NCBI GenBank assembly: GCA_963713145.1 | Contig: CAVQKI010000005.1 | Location: 95,166-159,165 of the forward strand | Reading direction: 5' to 3' | Source of the DNA: an uncultured Thermoplasmata archaeon | GTDB lineage: Archaea > Thermoplasmatota > Thermoplasmata > Lutacidiplasmatales > UBA184 | Length of the DNA: 64,000 bases | Part shown: one piece after another, positions 40,312 through 51,955 of the stretch | Numbering within the stretch: position 1 is the stretch's first letter | Layout of the letters: each line of letters opens with the position of its first letter | Translations under genes and position numbers: made by a program | The notes under the pieces: generated by a model | Database searches by the model: none | Seen by the model: the letters and a program-made list of their open reading frames with translations, nothing else | Told to the model about the DNA's origin: nothing

Positions 40312-40632
40312 GTGAGGAAAATGGAGTACGTGTACGGTGCGCTACTGCTGAACGCTGCGGGGAAGCCGATCGATGAGAAGGGTCTGAGCGGGGTCCTGTC
40401 CGCGGCGGGCATCGCGCCGGACGGGGCTCGGGTCAAGGCGCTCCTGGCCTCGCTCGAGGGGGTCAACCTCGCCGAGGTCCTCACGAAGGCCGAAACGTTC
40501 GCCGCCCCGGCCGCTGCCGAGCCTTCCGACAAGAAGGAAGGGAAGGGCGGGCCGAAGGAAGAAGAGAAGAAGGAAGAGAAGGGCGTCACCGAGGAAGAGG
40601 CGGCCGAGGGTCTCTCCGCCCTCTTCGGGTGA
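40312..40632 (+). CDS. rpl12: 50S ribosomal stalk protein L12 (P1).
   Basis: [31 protein letters not shown]...[21 protein letters not shown] has the characteristic acidic tail. Confidence 0.85.
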   Translation: MRKMEYVYGALLLNAAGKPIDEKGLSGVLSAAGIAPDGARVKALLASLEGVNLAEVLTKAETFAAPAAAEPSDKKEGKGGPKEEEKKEEKGVTEEEAAEGLSALFG

Positions 40633-40716
40633 AGTCAAGGTTCCTTAGCCCGCACCCCTTAAGACCCGCGGCCGGGTAGCTCGACCGGGAGGCCCCTCTC
40701 GCCCACCGGTCGAGCG

Positions 40717-42228
40717 ATGCCGGCGCGGGAATTCTGCGGTGTCGTAGGGATCTCGCTTCAGGGCAAGGGCGCCGCGCCGTACCTCTTCCGCGGACTTCGG
40801 GCCCTCCAACACCGGGGGCAGGAGTCGGCCGGCATCGTCACGTCGAGCCACGGCGTCTTCTACCAGCGACGCGGGATGGGTCTCGTCCACGAGATCTTCG
40901 GCCAGGAGCTGCTGGACACGCTTCGGGGTCCGGTGGGCGTGGGGCACGTCCGTTACTCGACCACCGGCACGAGCGACCTCGAGAACGCCCAGCCTATCCT
41001 GGTCAAGGTCCGCGACCAGGACGCCGCGATCGCCCACAACGGGGACATCGTCAACTTCGAACGGATCCGCCACCGGCTCCAGGCGCAGGGGGTCGAGCTG
41101 CTCGGGAACGCCGACACCGAGACGATGGCCCAGACCATCGCCCTCGAGTACGGGCGCACCCGCGATTTCGATGCCGCGATCCGTCGGGCGTGCACGGAGC
41201 TGGTCGGGGGCTACGCCGTCGTCTTCCTCGTCGGCAGCAAGGTCTACGGGTTCCGCGATCCGCTGGGGATCCGCCCGCTGGTCCTCGGCACGGTGGAGGG
41301 GGGCGTCGCCGTCGCGAGCGAGTCGGTCGCGATCGAGCTGATGGGAGGAAAGACCCTCCGCGACCTCGCTCCGGGCGAGATCGTCGTGCTCGACAAGGGC
41401 CAGATCTCCCACACCTCGTCGATCCCGAACTCCGGGGAACGCGCGCATTGCATGTTCGAGTGGGTGTACTTCTCGCGACCCGATTCGGTCGTCGAGCGTC
41501 AGCCGGTCTACGACGTCCGCTACCGCATCGGGCAGCGGCTCGCGCGCGAGAGCCCGGCGGAAGGAGACCTGGTCGTACCCGTCCCCGACTCCGCGCGCCC
41601 CCAGGGGCTCGGGTTCTCCGCGACCTCGGGGATCCCGTACGCCGAGGGCCTGATCAAGAACCGGTTCGTGGAACGAACGTTCATCCTACCCGACCAGAAG
41701 CGGAGAGAGTCCGAGGTGCGGGTGAAACTCCACCCCGTCCCCGGGCTCCTGCGGGACAAGCGGATCGTCCTGCTCGACGACTCGATCGTGCGAGGGACGA
41801 CGCTCCGCGAGATCGTCGGGATGGTCCGCTCGGCCGGCGCGACCCGGGTCGACGTGCGCGTCGGATGTCCTCCGATCCGTGCCCCGTGCTACTTCGGGAT
41901 CGACATGAAGGAACGCAAAGAGCTGGTCGCTCACGACCGCGACGAGAGCCAGGTGGCGGCCGCCATCGGGGCCGACAGCGTCCATTACCTCTCGATCGAC
42001 GGGCTGGTCGAGTCGATCGGCCTCCGCTCGGAAGATCTCTGCCTCGGCTGCCTCACCGGGAAGTACCCGTGGAAGTGCCCGAAGAGCGACACCGCTTCCA
42101 GAAGTCGCTCTCGGAATTCACTACCGCCGAGCCGTAGAGCACCGGGGCTTGGCTACCTCCGGGTCGCCCCTCGGTGGGGGAGCAAGGCCAGGATCCCCCT
42201 GGCCAGAGTATCGGTCCAGCAAACGTAA
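40717..42228 (+). CDS. purF: Amidophosphoribosyltransferase (PurF). The extreme C-terminus may be read-through.
   Basis: The N-terminal nucleophile CGVVGI. PRTase motif RIVLLDDSIVRGTTLREIV. The 4Fe-4S cysteines CYFGIDM...CLGCLTGKYP. Confidence 0.8.
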   Translation: MPAREFCGVVGISLQGKGAAPYLFRGLRALQHRGQESAGIVTSSHGVFYQRRGMGLVHEIFGQELLDTLRGPVGVGHVRYSTTGTSDLENAQPILVKVRDQDAAIAHNGDIVNFERIRHRLQAQGVELLGNADTETMAQTIALEYGRTRDFDAAIRRACTELVGGYAVVFLVGSKVYGFRDPLGIRPLVLGTVEGGVAVASESVAIELMGGKTLRDLAPGEIVVLDKGQISHTSSIPNSGERAHCMFEWVYFSRPDSVVERQPVYDVRYRIGQRLARESPAEGDLVVPVPDSARPQGLGFSATSGIPYAEGLIKNRFVERTFILPDQKRRESEVRVKLHPVPGLLRDKRIVLLDDSIVRGTTLREIVGMVRSAGATRVDVRVGCPPIRAPCYFGIDMKERKELVAHDRDESQVAAAIGADSVHYLSIDGLVESIGLRSEDLCLGCLTGKYPWKCPKSDTASRSRSRNSLPPSRRAPGLGYLRVAPRWGSKARIPLARVSVQQT

Positions 42229-43435
42229 TCGTGACCGCCCTCGAACTCGAAGTAGTTCACCCTGTAGTCCCGCGCTTCGAGAACGTCCCTCAAGTGTCGA
42301 ACCGCGGTAAGGATCGACACGCCGCCCTCTGGCGGGACGGCCGTTTCGAGCCGTCCGGCATCCAGGTAGAACTCGAGGGGCTGGCGAGGCGCGACGGCGT
42401 ACTGCCGAGTCAACCATTCCCCCTCGCTCTCGTGCCGCGGAACCTTTGACTGGAAGGCGCCCGATTGCGCCAAGACCCGCCCGAACACGCGTGGATACCG
42501 CATTCCAGCGTAGGCAGCCATGACTCCCCCGAGACTGGATCCGGCAACCACGGTCCGGGACGGGCGGGTGCGAAGCTGGTATGTCCGGCGGAGCCAGGGC
42601 ATCAGCTCGAGGGCGAGGAAGTCGGCGAAGGCAGGCAGACAGGCGAGCTCTCGTTCGCGACCTAGCGGGCCGGTCCCGACGAAGACGGCCACGGTGGGAC
42701 CCAGCCGACCGGCGGCAACGAGATTCTCTACGATCCTAGGCGTTGGTACGGTGCGGCGGGTACGTGAACCCATCGAAGACCAGGAGAACATTACACTCCC
42801 CCGAACGGGGATTGACCTTCGTCGGCAAGGACACCCAGATCGTGCGTTCGTTTCGCAGCAGCCGACTTCGAAACCGGTGAACGTCCTCCTTCCACGAAGA
42901 GGGTCCCCGGGTCGCGGCCCACGTGGCTGTCGAGGCTCCTGGGAGCTCGAGGACCGAGAGCGAGACAGGAATGTCATGAGGAACGTCGGGATCCCTAGGA
43001 AACTCGAGGCGACGAGGGTTCTCTGGGTCCGGCCGAATTCTCCGCTGATAGCGCAGCCAGGCCGTCGGAGTGGGCGGGTCGGGGAACGCCTGGGCTGCGA
43101 ACCCGTAGCTAAAGCGAGTTCCCCGATCGAGGCGGAACGACCGGTACCACACCCCCAGGGGCTTCAGCGGACGGAGGCGCATTCCCTCCCTCCAGTCGCC
43201 CGAAGGGTCCGCCGTTGAAACCGTACCTGTAGACGGAACATTCGCGCGGACTCCTACCGGGTCGCCAAACGAAAGTCACGAGTTCGTGCCGACGGTCCCC
43301 GCGGATCGGCTCCACCAGCGGTGTTCCCGATTCCACCAGCCGCGCCCACGCTCGGTCGATGTTGGTTCGTTCGAGAGGTGGAAGCGTTCGCAGGAACGAC
43401 CTTAGGCGAGGGCTCTCCGGAGGCGCTTCAGTCAT
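42153..43435 (-). CDS. Esterase of the enterochelin-esterase-like/esterase-D family (alpha/beta hydrolase), with an N-terminal Fes-like domain. Two frame changes (about 42980 and about 43150).
   Basis: GxSxG nucleophile elbow AGSSLGGVMAAYAGMRYPRVF. Fragments 43109..43435, 42736..43182 and 42153..42977 are collinear. Confidence 0.55.
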
Positions 43436-43569
43436 GACGGCGATTTACCATCCTTCTCTCGGGCCACATGAATTGGCGCGCCGTTCCGAACCGGTCAACG
43501 GGTCCCGTCTGCGAAAGACCCTGGCGAAGGGACGGGCTGCGTCACGCGGGTTGGGCCACTGTGGCGCGA

Positions 43570-45493
43570 TCATGCGAGGTTCATCCTCTTCAGCAGGACC
43601 TGGAATCTCGGATCGCTCCGTACGCGAGCGATGGATGGCTCCAGGCGCCAGAACTGGACCCCCAATTTCCGGGCCCTGACCGAGAGCTCGAGCCATCGAA
43701 AGGCTTCGTCCAAGTCGCCCAGCCGCGCGTACACTCCGGCAATCTGGGTATCGGGTCGAACGGGCTCGGGAAGCCCCTCGATCGACCGCAGCAACTCTCT
43801 CGCCCGACCTCCCTCGCCAATCGTGGCGTGATACACCGCGTTGGCCGTCACGATTTCCGGCCGCCCCGGAAGCAGTTCGCCCAGCCGATCGATCTCCTTG
43901 CGGGTCTCCTCCATGTCACCGCGTGCCATTGCAAGCGTGAACCGACAGTCATGGTACAGGATGCCGAAGTTCTCGACTCGCCCAAGCTTCTCCAGTCGGT
44001 CCTGCGCTTCATCCAGCCGGCGAAGGTAGATCAGGAGATGGACCCTCGCGGAAAGGAGGAGAGCGGAAAGTGGGTCGAGCTGTTCGGCCAGCGCTTGCTC
44101 CCGCAGGGCCTCCTCGGTGCGTAGCTGATCAGCGAGGAGGTTGGCGTACCACATTCGCGCCCAGGCGAAGCTCGGGTTTAGGGCGATGGCGAGTTGGAGC
44201 TCCTTCTCGGCCGACGCGAAGTCGTAGTCGTCCCACAGGATGAGTCCCAACGATGCGTGCGCCTCGGCGAGGTTCGGGTCGAGCTCGATCGCCCGCGAAG
44301 CATGCTGGCGGCTCAGTGCCTCCCACTCGGTCACCGGAACATGATCGGTACATGCTCCCCAGCAGCCGGTGGAGGTCCGCCAGTCCTGCGTGGGCCGCGG
44401 CATTTCGGCCGTCGAGAGCGATGGCGCGCTCGAAGTGTTCCTTGGCTGCACGCATCTCCGTTTCAGTGAAGCCACGGAGGCTCGTACGCCCTTGCAGGTA
44501 CTCCAGGTAGGATTCCGGGCGAGGAGGGGATCGCTGGTCGAGACGAGCCTCGTCCCGCGAGAGCAGCTTGAGCTTCAGCGCTTCGGCCACCTGCTTCGCC
44601 ATCTCGGACTGCAGCGCGAAGACGTCGTCCAGTTCGCGGTCGTAGGAGTTCGCCCAAACATGCCCCTGGGACGCAACGTCGATGAGCTGAGCGGTGATCC
44701 GAAGACGGTTCCCGGCCTTGCGTACGCTCCCCTCGAGAACCCACGAGACCCCCAGCTCCGCCCCGATCTGGGTAACCCCTTTGGACGGGGCCCTGTACGG
44801 CATCACGGAGGTTCGCGCAATGACGCGTAGACCCCTCAGCTGAGAGAGCACGGTGATGAGCTCCTCCGTGAGGCCGTCCGCAAAATACTCGTCCTTCACA
44901 TCCGGGCTGATGTTGGTGAAGGGGAGGACGGCGAGTCCCGTCGGCCCGAGGTTCGCAGCGGGAGAAACTGCTGCCTCCCGGAACAGGATGACTCGATAGA
45001 CCTCCACGGGGAACCGAACGTTCCGGAGTACCTGCGGCGCCAGCTTCTCGAGTCGGTTGGGAATCTTGTTTCGAACCTGACCGAACACGGGTTCCGTGAC
45101 GCAGATCCCCCCAGGCTCGGCGAGGGGCTCGATCCGAGAAGCGACGTTCACGGAGTCTCCGAAGATGTCTGCCCCACGCGCCTCGACATCCCCCAGGTGG
45201 ATCCCGATCCGTAGCTGGATGGGGGAGAGGCCCGGCCGCGCGTTGCGCTCGTGCAGCCGTTGCTGGATGTCGATCGCGCACTCCACCGCGCGTAGGGCAC
45301 TGTCGAACTCGGCGAGGAACCCGTCGCCCATCGACTTGATCGCACGTCCCTGGTGGGTCGCGAACAGGGGGCGGACGATTGCCTCCTGTTCGTCCCTGAG
45401 GCGAAGGGCCTCTGTCTCATTGGTCTGGGCCAACGCGGTGGACCCGACCATGTCGGTGAACATGATCGCGGCGAGCCGTCGAGTGGAGGCCAC
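43570..45493 (-). CDS. Class III adenylate/guanylate cyclase fused to C-terminal TPR repeats. One frame change lies near 44370.
   Basis: Cyclase core AAIMFTDMVGSTALA...RIGIHLGDVEARGADIFGDSVNVASRIE. C-terminal TPR-like helices AEAHASLGLILWDDYDFASAEKELQLAIALNP... Confidence 0.7.
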
Positions 45494-45843
45494 GCTCGCC
45501 GAACGGTCCCCGTTAGATTAAGGCCCTCCGTCGGAACCACCCGCGCTTACGGGTCCGAAACATGGGTCGTTCGCGGGAGGGCGCTGACCGGCCCTCGAGA
45601 TGAACCCTTCCAAGCGATGGTGTTCTCCGGCCGCCTAGGAGGCTCAAGGTGACCGCCAAGGAACTAGACCGGCCGCTGATTCCTCGGCGAGTCCGTCGAA
45701 TCCAACCCCGTTCGTGGCGAAACCCGACCGGGCCAAGTCTTCATCTCTGCGGGGGTTCTCAAGGTCAAAACAGGGGACCCGAGCCGCTATCGGGGCTTCA
45801 GAAATCCATGGTTACACCGGAATCGCCCGCGGAGTTCTAGGTC

Positions 45844-46765
45844 GTGCCCGCGGCGCTCGTCATCGCCCACGGGCCGGCGCTCTACCTGTTCCGCCCCGGC
45901 ACCGAGCGACCCGTCGCGTTCCCCGGAGCGACCGGTCCAGCCGAGGTAGTTCGGCCTGGAACAGACCCGCGCCCGGAGGCCGTTCCCGCGGCGCTGGTCG
46001 CCGAGCTCCAGCGGGTCGAGGTCGGCCGCGAGATCGCTGCCGGCGGCCCGCGCCTGGCAGAGACCATCGCGGCTCGCCTCGGACGACCGGTCTCCCGCGC
46101 GAGCGTGGCGGAGTGGCGCCGGGCGCTCCGGGTCATTCCTGAGACGAACCTCGCGTCGGAAGGCCCCTACATCCTCAAGGTCGCCGCCGCGGACCTTGGG
46201 AAGGCGCTGCGGTCGCCCGAGGAGGTTCTCATCACCCTCGCTCGTGAGGAAGAACGGCTCGAGCGCGCGGTCGGACGCGAGGAGCGAGCGGCGGAGTCGC
46301 TGCTCGAGGTACCCGTCCGAGCCATCACGGCCTATTCCGACCGATGGAAGACCGTGCGCTCCGCCCTCGTCCGCCACCATACTGAGCTGCTCGCATCCCT
46401 CGAGGCTACGGCGGTCGAGGTCGTTCCGAACCTTGCGTCGGTGGTCGGGCCCCGGGCGGCGGCCCGCCTCGTCGCTGCGGCCGGGGGCGTGGCCCCGCTC
46501 GCCCGGTTCAGCGCGAGTCGCATCCAGCTCCTGGGCACGCGGCAGTCGCCCGGACCCCGAACGGGGTCCTCGATATGGGCTGCTGTACCGAGCAGAGCGG
46601 ATCGATGACGTCCCGCCGGATCGGCGCGCGGCGTACGCCCGGAGCGTGGCCGCGATGGCAGCCATCGCGGTGCGTGCCGACGCGTGGACCCATTCGTCCA
46701 TCGGCCTCAAGCTGCGCGACCGGCGCGACCGACGCATCGATGAGCTGCTTCGGAGGAAGCGCTGA
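45844..46765 (+). CDS. nop5: C/D box snoRNP protein Nop5 (Nop56/58). One frame change lies near 46540.
   Basis: The Nop domain reads VVGPRAAARLVAAAGGVAPLARFSASRIQLLG. In the next frame it continues as GLLYRAERIDDVPPDRRAAYARSVAAMAAIAVRADAW. Followed directly by fibrillarin. Confidence 0.75.
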
Positions 46766-47526
46766 TGCGGCGGGGTGGCGAACCGCCTCCGGGCCGCTCG
46801 CCGCGGCTCGTGGAACGCCGTTTCGGGGATCGAGTCGAGCTCTGGACAGAAACCGTCGGCTCGCTCCCGTCGGTCTACGGTGAGCGATGGAAGGAGTTCG
46901 ACGGACGGCCCATCCGCTCGTTCGAGCCGGGCCGCTCAAAGCTTGCGGCGGGACTGGCGAAGGGGTGGCGAGGCCCGATTCCGCTACCGGGCCAGCGGTG
47001 GTTGTATCTGGGTGCTGCCAGCGGCACGACCGCGTCCCACGTCGCCGACCTCGTGGGACCGACGGGCCGTGTCTACGCCGTGGAGAGGAGCGTTCGACCG
47101 TTCGCAAGGCTCCTGGCCGTCGCCCAGCGGTGGCCGAACCTGTTCCCGATCCTAGCGGACGCTCGCGAACCGGGTTCGTATGCGGACCTCGTCCGACTTT
47201 CGGACGGCCTGTATGCGGACGTCGCCCAGCCGGGCCAGGTAGAGATCGTCCGCGCGAACGCTGCCCTCCTCCTCCGAGGTACCGGTGCCGCGGTTGTGGT
47301 GGCGCTCAAGACATCGAGCATGGGCCGGGAGCGCACCGCCGCCGGCCACCTCGAGCACGCCGAGGACGAGATGTCTGAGTTCGTGGAGCTCGCGCCGCCG
47401 GTGCGCCTCGATCCGTTCCACAAGGCGCACTATCTCGTGGGCGGGCAGGAACGGGCCCTGGACCGGCCGACCCAGCTAGGCGCCGGGTTCAAGCGGCCAC
47501 CCGCGCGGTCCCGCGGGCGACCATGA
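46765..47526 (+). CDS. flpA: Fibrillarin-like rRNA/tRNA 2'-O-methyltransferase.
   Basis: SAM motif LYLGAASGTTASHVADLVGPTGRVYAVERS...ILADAREP...DGLYADVAQP. Start overlaps the Nop5 stop. Confidence 0.85.
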   Translation: MRRGGEPPPGRSPRLVERRFGDRVELWTETVGSLPSVYGERWKEFDGRPIRSFEPGRSKLAAGLAKGWRGPIPLPGQRWLYLGAASGTTASHVADLVGPTGRVYAVERSVRPFARLLAVAQRWPNLFPILADAREPGSYADLVRLSDGLYADVAQPGQVEIVRANAALLLRGTGAAVVVALKTSSMGRERTAAGHLEHAEDEMSEFVELAPPVRLDPFHKAHYLVGGQERALDRPTQLGAGFKRPPARSRGRP

Positions 47527-48611
47527 TCGTGACCACGTCCTCGTCGTCGAGGATGTGATCGCGGCCGACCGTCTGCCCCGCGAAGCGTGCGCTGCGCCCC
47601 CACACCTGGGCTGCTTTGAACGACCCTCCGAGGTCGGAAGGGAGGCGACGCAGGAGGTCCGCCACGCGGTCCCCGCGGCGCAAGATCACCGGTTCCGTCA
47701 TGTCCGCCGGTCGGCCGGGGGGTTTCACGTAGATCCGGATGAAGCGAAGGGCGCGACCGATCCGGTCGACGAGGTCCTCGACCCCGGACCCAGTGCGGGC
47801 GGAGATGAAGGCCGGCTCGTAGGGGCGAACCTCGGCGGTCAGCCGAGTCCGGTCGGCGGCCGAGAGGAGTTCGGCCTTGTTGACCGCGAGCAGCGCGGAG
47901 AGGTACACCCGATTCGCGGCGAGAGCGTCGATCAGCTGGTCCGCGGTGGCGTCCTCCCGGAAGATGATGGAGCCGTTGTGCAGGTTGAACTCCCGCGCGA
48001 TCGGGAGCGCGAGCCCCCCGGCGAGGTGCGTCGAGCCGGACCGTGCTCGACACGGTGAGGCCACCCCGGTCGGAATGTTGGACGACCACGCGCGGGGGTC
48101 TCTGGTTGATCCTCACGCCCGCCCCTTCCAGCTCGCGAACAAGGGCGTTCAGGTTTGTGTGATCAGGGTCGATGAGGAAGAGAACGAGGTCCACCGACCG
48201 CACGACGGAGAGAACCTCCCGGCCGCGGCCGCGTCCGCGGGCTGCCCCGGGAACCAGTCCGGGCATGTCGAGGATCTGTATCGACGCTCCGCCCCATCGG
48301 AGCATTCCCGGGATGATCGTGAGCGTGGTGAAGTCGTAGGCAGCGGTCTCGCTCTCGGCTGCGGTCAGACGGTTCAGCAGGGTCGATTTCCCGACCGACG
48401 GATAGCCGACCAGCCCCACGGTCGCGTGGCCGCTCTTGCGGACGGCGTATCCGGTCCCGCCGCCCTTCCCCTTGGCCCGGGTCTCCCGCTCGATGCGGAG
48501 TACCGCGAGCTTCGCCTTCAGCCGGCCGATGTGGAGCTGGGTTGCCTTGTTGTAGGAGGTCGTGCGGATCTCGTCCTCGACCGCCAGGATCTCTTCTTCG
48601 AGGGACGACAT
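47489..48611 (-). CDS. Developmentally regulated GTP-binding protein (DRG/Obg family) with a C-terminal TGS domain. One frame change lies near 48050.
   Basis: GLVGYPSVGKSTLLNRLT is the P-loop; DMPGLVPGAARG. The TGS part lies in ORF 47489..48064. Confidence 0.75.
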
Positions 48612-48732
48612 CGAACGGAACGCGCCGGGCTGGCTCTTGACCGACCGTCTACATAGGGATAACCCGGCGCTCTCCTTTCACGGTTCGCGTCCTTCACCCT
48701 CTCCAAGACACGGAGCGGCCCTCGACCCGGTC

Positions 48733-51125
48733 GTGCAGAAGCCGACGGGTGCCCGCCGGGTGGGCCGGGCGACGGCCTGGGTGTTCGCACCACAGGCCGA
48801 GGCCCTGGCCGTTCGGGAGGAGCCTGCCCGTTTCCGCGCCCGTCTCGACTCGGTCCTGCGGGCCGGACACGGGGTGGGGGTCACCTGCACGCTCTGTCTC
48901 GAGAGCGGGTCCGCGGAGCCCCTTGGTACTCACGACCGCAGATTCCGCCAGCGAGCGCTGGGTCGACCGGGTTCTGGCCAGCGCCTACGACCCCGGGCAG
49001 TGGAGGCGGACCCTCGTCCCACCCGCGGGGGAAGGCCGGTGGTACTCCGCGCGCAGACGTTCCCTGCCGAGTGAGACGGGCAGCCCTCCGCCGGAACCGG
49101 GCGCGATCCTCCGCACGCTCACCCAAACGTTCCGCACTCTTCCACGCGGAGTCGGCGTCCGGATCTCGATCGCCCCGGTGCGTGCTCACACCCGGCTCGA
49201 GCACTGGTCGCGTTGGCTTCCGGCCCAACCCGTCGAGCGGCCAACGCGACCGCTCGGTAGGACAGGCGAACCCGGTCGGCATCAAACGACGCCGCTGCAG
49301 CCGCTTCCCCCTCCGGCGCTCTGGAAGGCCGACGTGGTCATCGCCGAGCGAAGCCGAGCGATGGCAGCCGTCCATGGGTCCGTCGTCGCTGCGGTAGAAG
49401 CCGCCTGGCGTCGACTCGACGGCGTAGGGATCCGATTCACGCCGATGAGGGGTTTCGGCATCCGACCGTCCGGATTTCTGATTGCCGAGCCGGAGGTGCT
49501 TGGTCTCCTACCCGCCCGGGATGGCCCTCCGGCACAGAGGTCCTTTCCGGAGCCCTCCACGACGGTGCTGCCGCTGGGCCGAACGATCGGAGGGTCGGTG
49601 GTGGGCGTCCCGGTCGACTCTCGCCAGGGCCGGCATCTCGCGGTCGTCGGCGAGACCGGTATGGGAAAGAGCTCGCTCTTGGTCGCCCTCGCGTCACGAG
49701 CCGCTAGCCTCGGCGGAGTCGTCGTACTCGACCCTCTGGGAGAGACCTCGCGAGCGATCCGGTCGGAACTGGCCCCCGCCGCCGCTCGGGTTCTCTGGGT
49801 CGCTCCGGGGGAGGGCCCCCCGTCCATCAACGCGCTCGAAGGGATCGGTCGCGAAGGAGCCGCCGATCTCGTCCTTGTGGAACGGCGGATCGACGACATG
49901 GTCCACGCCCTCCGCCGCGTCCGCTCGGGCCGGTACGCTGATTCGTCGTTCTGGGGTCCCCGCTTGGAGGAGATGCTCGGCCGAGCCATTCGAGCGGCGG
50001 CCGCGATTCCGGGGGGTACGCTGGCGGACGCGCACACCCTCCTGGCCACGATGGGCCGGAGCCGCCAGGTCGTTCCTCCCTCGGCCCGGGACGCGCTGCG
50101 CGAGCTCGCCGAGCGAGTGCGGGAGCGTCCCGAGGATGCCGAAGGTGCGCGCCGACTCCTCTACGAGCTCGCGCGGAACCCGACCCTGGAGCAGATGCTC
50201 TGTGCGCGAGCGCCGTCCCTCTCCGCTCGGGAGTTCGTGGCGCCCGGTCGGATTGTCCTCGTTTCCGGAGACGCGGCCCGCGTCGGGGAGTCGACCGCGC
50301 GGTACCTGTTCGCGGTCTATCTCGCCCTCCTTTGGTCGGAGCTCCTGTCCCGGGAATCGCCCGCGAAGACGTTCATGATCCTGGACGAGGCTCAGTGGTT
50401 CGCGCACGAGAGCCTCGCGGAAATGCTCCGGCTGGCCCGTCGATTGAACGTTCACGTGATCCTGGCCACGCAGTCGATCGGCTCCCTTCCCGAGGTCGTC
50501 CGCGACGCGGTCTGGACGAACGTGGCGGATTTCGTCGCCTTCCGCGGGTCCCCCGACGAGGCGAGGGAGCTGTCGCGGACCGCGCGCGGGGTGCCCTCCG
50601 AGGCGATCCTCGCCCTTCCTCGGGGAGAAGCCGTCGTCTTCCTCGGCAAGGGTGAGGCGGTCCGCTGGGTACGAACGACCCGATTGCCTCAGGCGGTAGA
50701 TCGGCCCGGCAGGGCGATCGGTCGTCCGGCCGTCGTGGAAGATGCTGCGGCGGCGGAGGCGAGGGTTCGCTGCGCCAATCCCCCCGAGAGACCCGGCACG
50801 GCCCTCCGGGGCGAACGGCCCGAGGGCGAGCGTTCCGACGCCGAAGGGGTCCTCGAGGCCGTTCGCACCCTTGCGTCCGCTTCGGCCTCGGAAGGGCCGA
50901 TCGAGGTCGGTACTCGACCAACTCCGATCTCGGCCCAGATCGGGCACCGACCACGCGATCCGTCGTGCGGGCGCCGTGCTCGGGCGAGCTGGGGCGTTGA
51001 TCCGGGTGGAGCGGGGGCCGCGGGGAACGGTGTGGTGGGTGGACCCTGGGCGAATCCCCGGCCGAACGGCGGCCGACTCTCGGCCTGCCGCCGAGACGAC
51101 TTCCCGAGCGCCACAACCCTCTTAG
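48733..51125 (+). CDS. HerA/FtsK-like P-loop ATPase (DUF87 / TraG-VirD4-like core). One frame change lies near 48900 and the C-terminal boundary is unresolved.
   Basis: Walker A HLAVVGETGMGKSS, Walker B TFMILDEAQWF, arginine-finger region HVILATQSIGSLPEVVRD. The main frame stays open into the next gene. A stop at 51123-51125 exists only in an alternative frame. Confidence 0.5.
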
Positions 51126-51148
51126 TCTCCTACCGGCTCGTTTTCTCG

Positions 51149-51952
51149 ATGGAGGGCCCCGCGCCTGCGGCGGCGGAACCCGTACCGGCGCGACGGGTGG
51201 AAACGGCGACCGTTCTCGAGCGCTGCGTCACCGGCATCGAGGGGCTGGACAACATCCTCGGAGGGGGGATCCCCCGCGGGAACACCGTCCTCATCGCGGG
51301 AAGCGTAGGGACCGGGAAGACGACGCTGAGCCTCGAGTTCCTTCTTCGCGGAGCGGAACGCGGAGAACGCTCCCTGTTCCTCTCGGTGACCGAGGCGTCC
51401 GGGAAGCTCGTCCAGAACCTCTCCACGTTCGAATTCTTCCGCACCGACCTCGTCGCCGACGGCTCCCTCGTCTTCGTGGACCTCCCGGTGGTCTACGAGA
51501 AGCTCGGGCTGGAGCGAGAGGAACTCTCGTCGGACGAACTGGACATCCTCCTGCGGACGATCCGCGACATGGTCCGGGCGCTGGGCGTGAAGAGGCTCGT
51601 CCTGGACAGCCTCACTTCGCTCTGCTACCGGATCCGCACCGACGAGCAGATCCGGGAGTTCGTGCTGCGCCTTGGGGAGGAGATGAGCGCCATCGGGTGC
51701 ACGTCGCTCCTGGTCTCCGAGATCACGCCGACGCAGGGACGCTACTCCACCCGCGGCGTCGAGGAAGCGATCGTGGACGGGATCGTGCTGCTGTGGAACG
51801 CCCGTCGGCGCGGCGACATCCTCCGGGTGCTTCAGATCGTGAAGATGCGGGGGTCCGCCCATTCGCACGCGCAGTACGTCATCGAGCTCACTCCGATCGG
51901 CCTTCTCATGACGCCGCACTTGAAGGGAAACCGGACCGAAGAGGAGGGCTGA
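51149..51952 (+). CDS. KaiC-like / RecA-superfamily ATPase (single-domain archaeal KaiC homologue).
   Basis: CVTGIEGLDNILGGGIPRGNTVLIAGSVGTGKTTLSLEF (Walker A), RLVLDSLTSL (Walker B), IVKMRGSAHS. Confidence 0.7.
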   Translation: MEGPAPAAAEPVPARRVETATVLERCVTGIEGLDNILGGGIPRGNTVLIAGSVGTGKTTLSLEFLLRGAERGERSLFLSVTEASGKLVQNLSTFEFFRTDLVADGSLVFVDLPVVYEKLGLEREELSSDELDILLRTIRDMVRALGVKRLVLDSLTSLCYRIRTDEQIREFVLRLGEEMSAIGCTSLLVSEITPTQGRYSTRGVEEAIVDGIVLLWNARRRGDILRVLQIVKMRGSAHSHAQYVIELTPIGLLMTPHLKGNRTEEEG

Positions 51953-51955
51953 CGG

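Noticed and set aside
45500-45840. Possible C/D box sRNA upstream of nop5/fibrillarin (agatgaa ... ctga about 78 nt apart)
   Set aside because: The boxes are degenerate and the spacing is longer than typical archaeal C/D sRNAs. No guide complementarity could be assessed.
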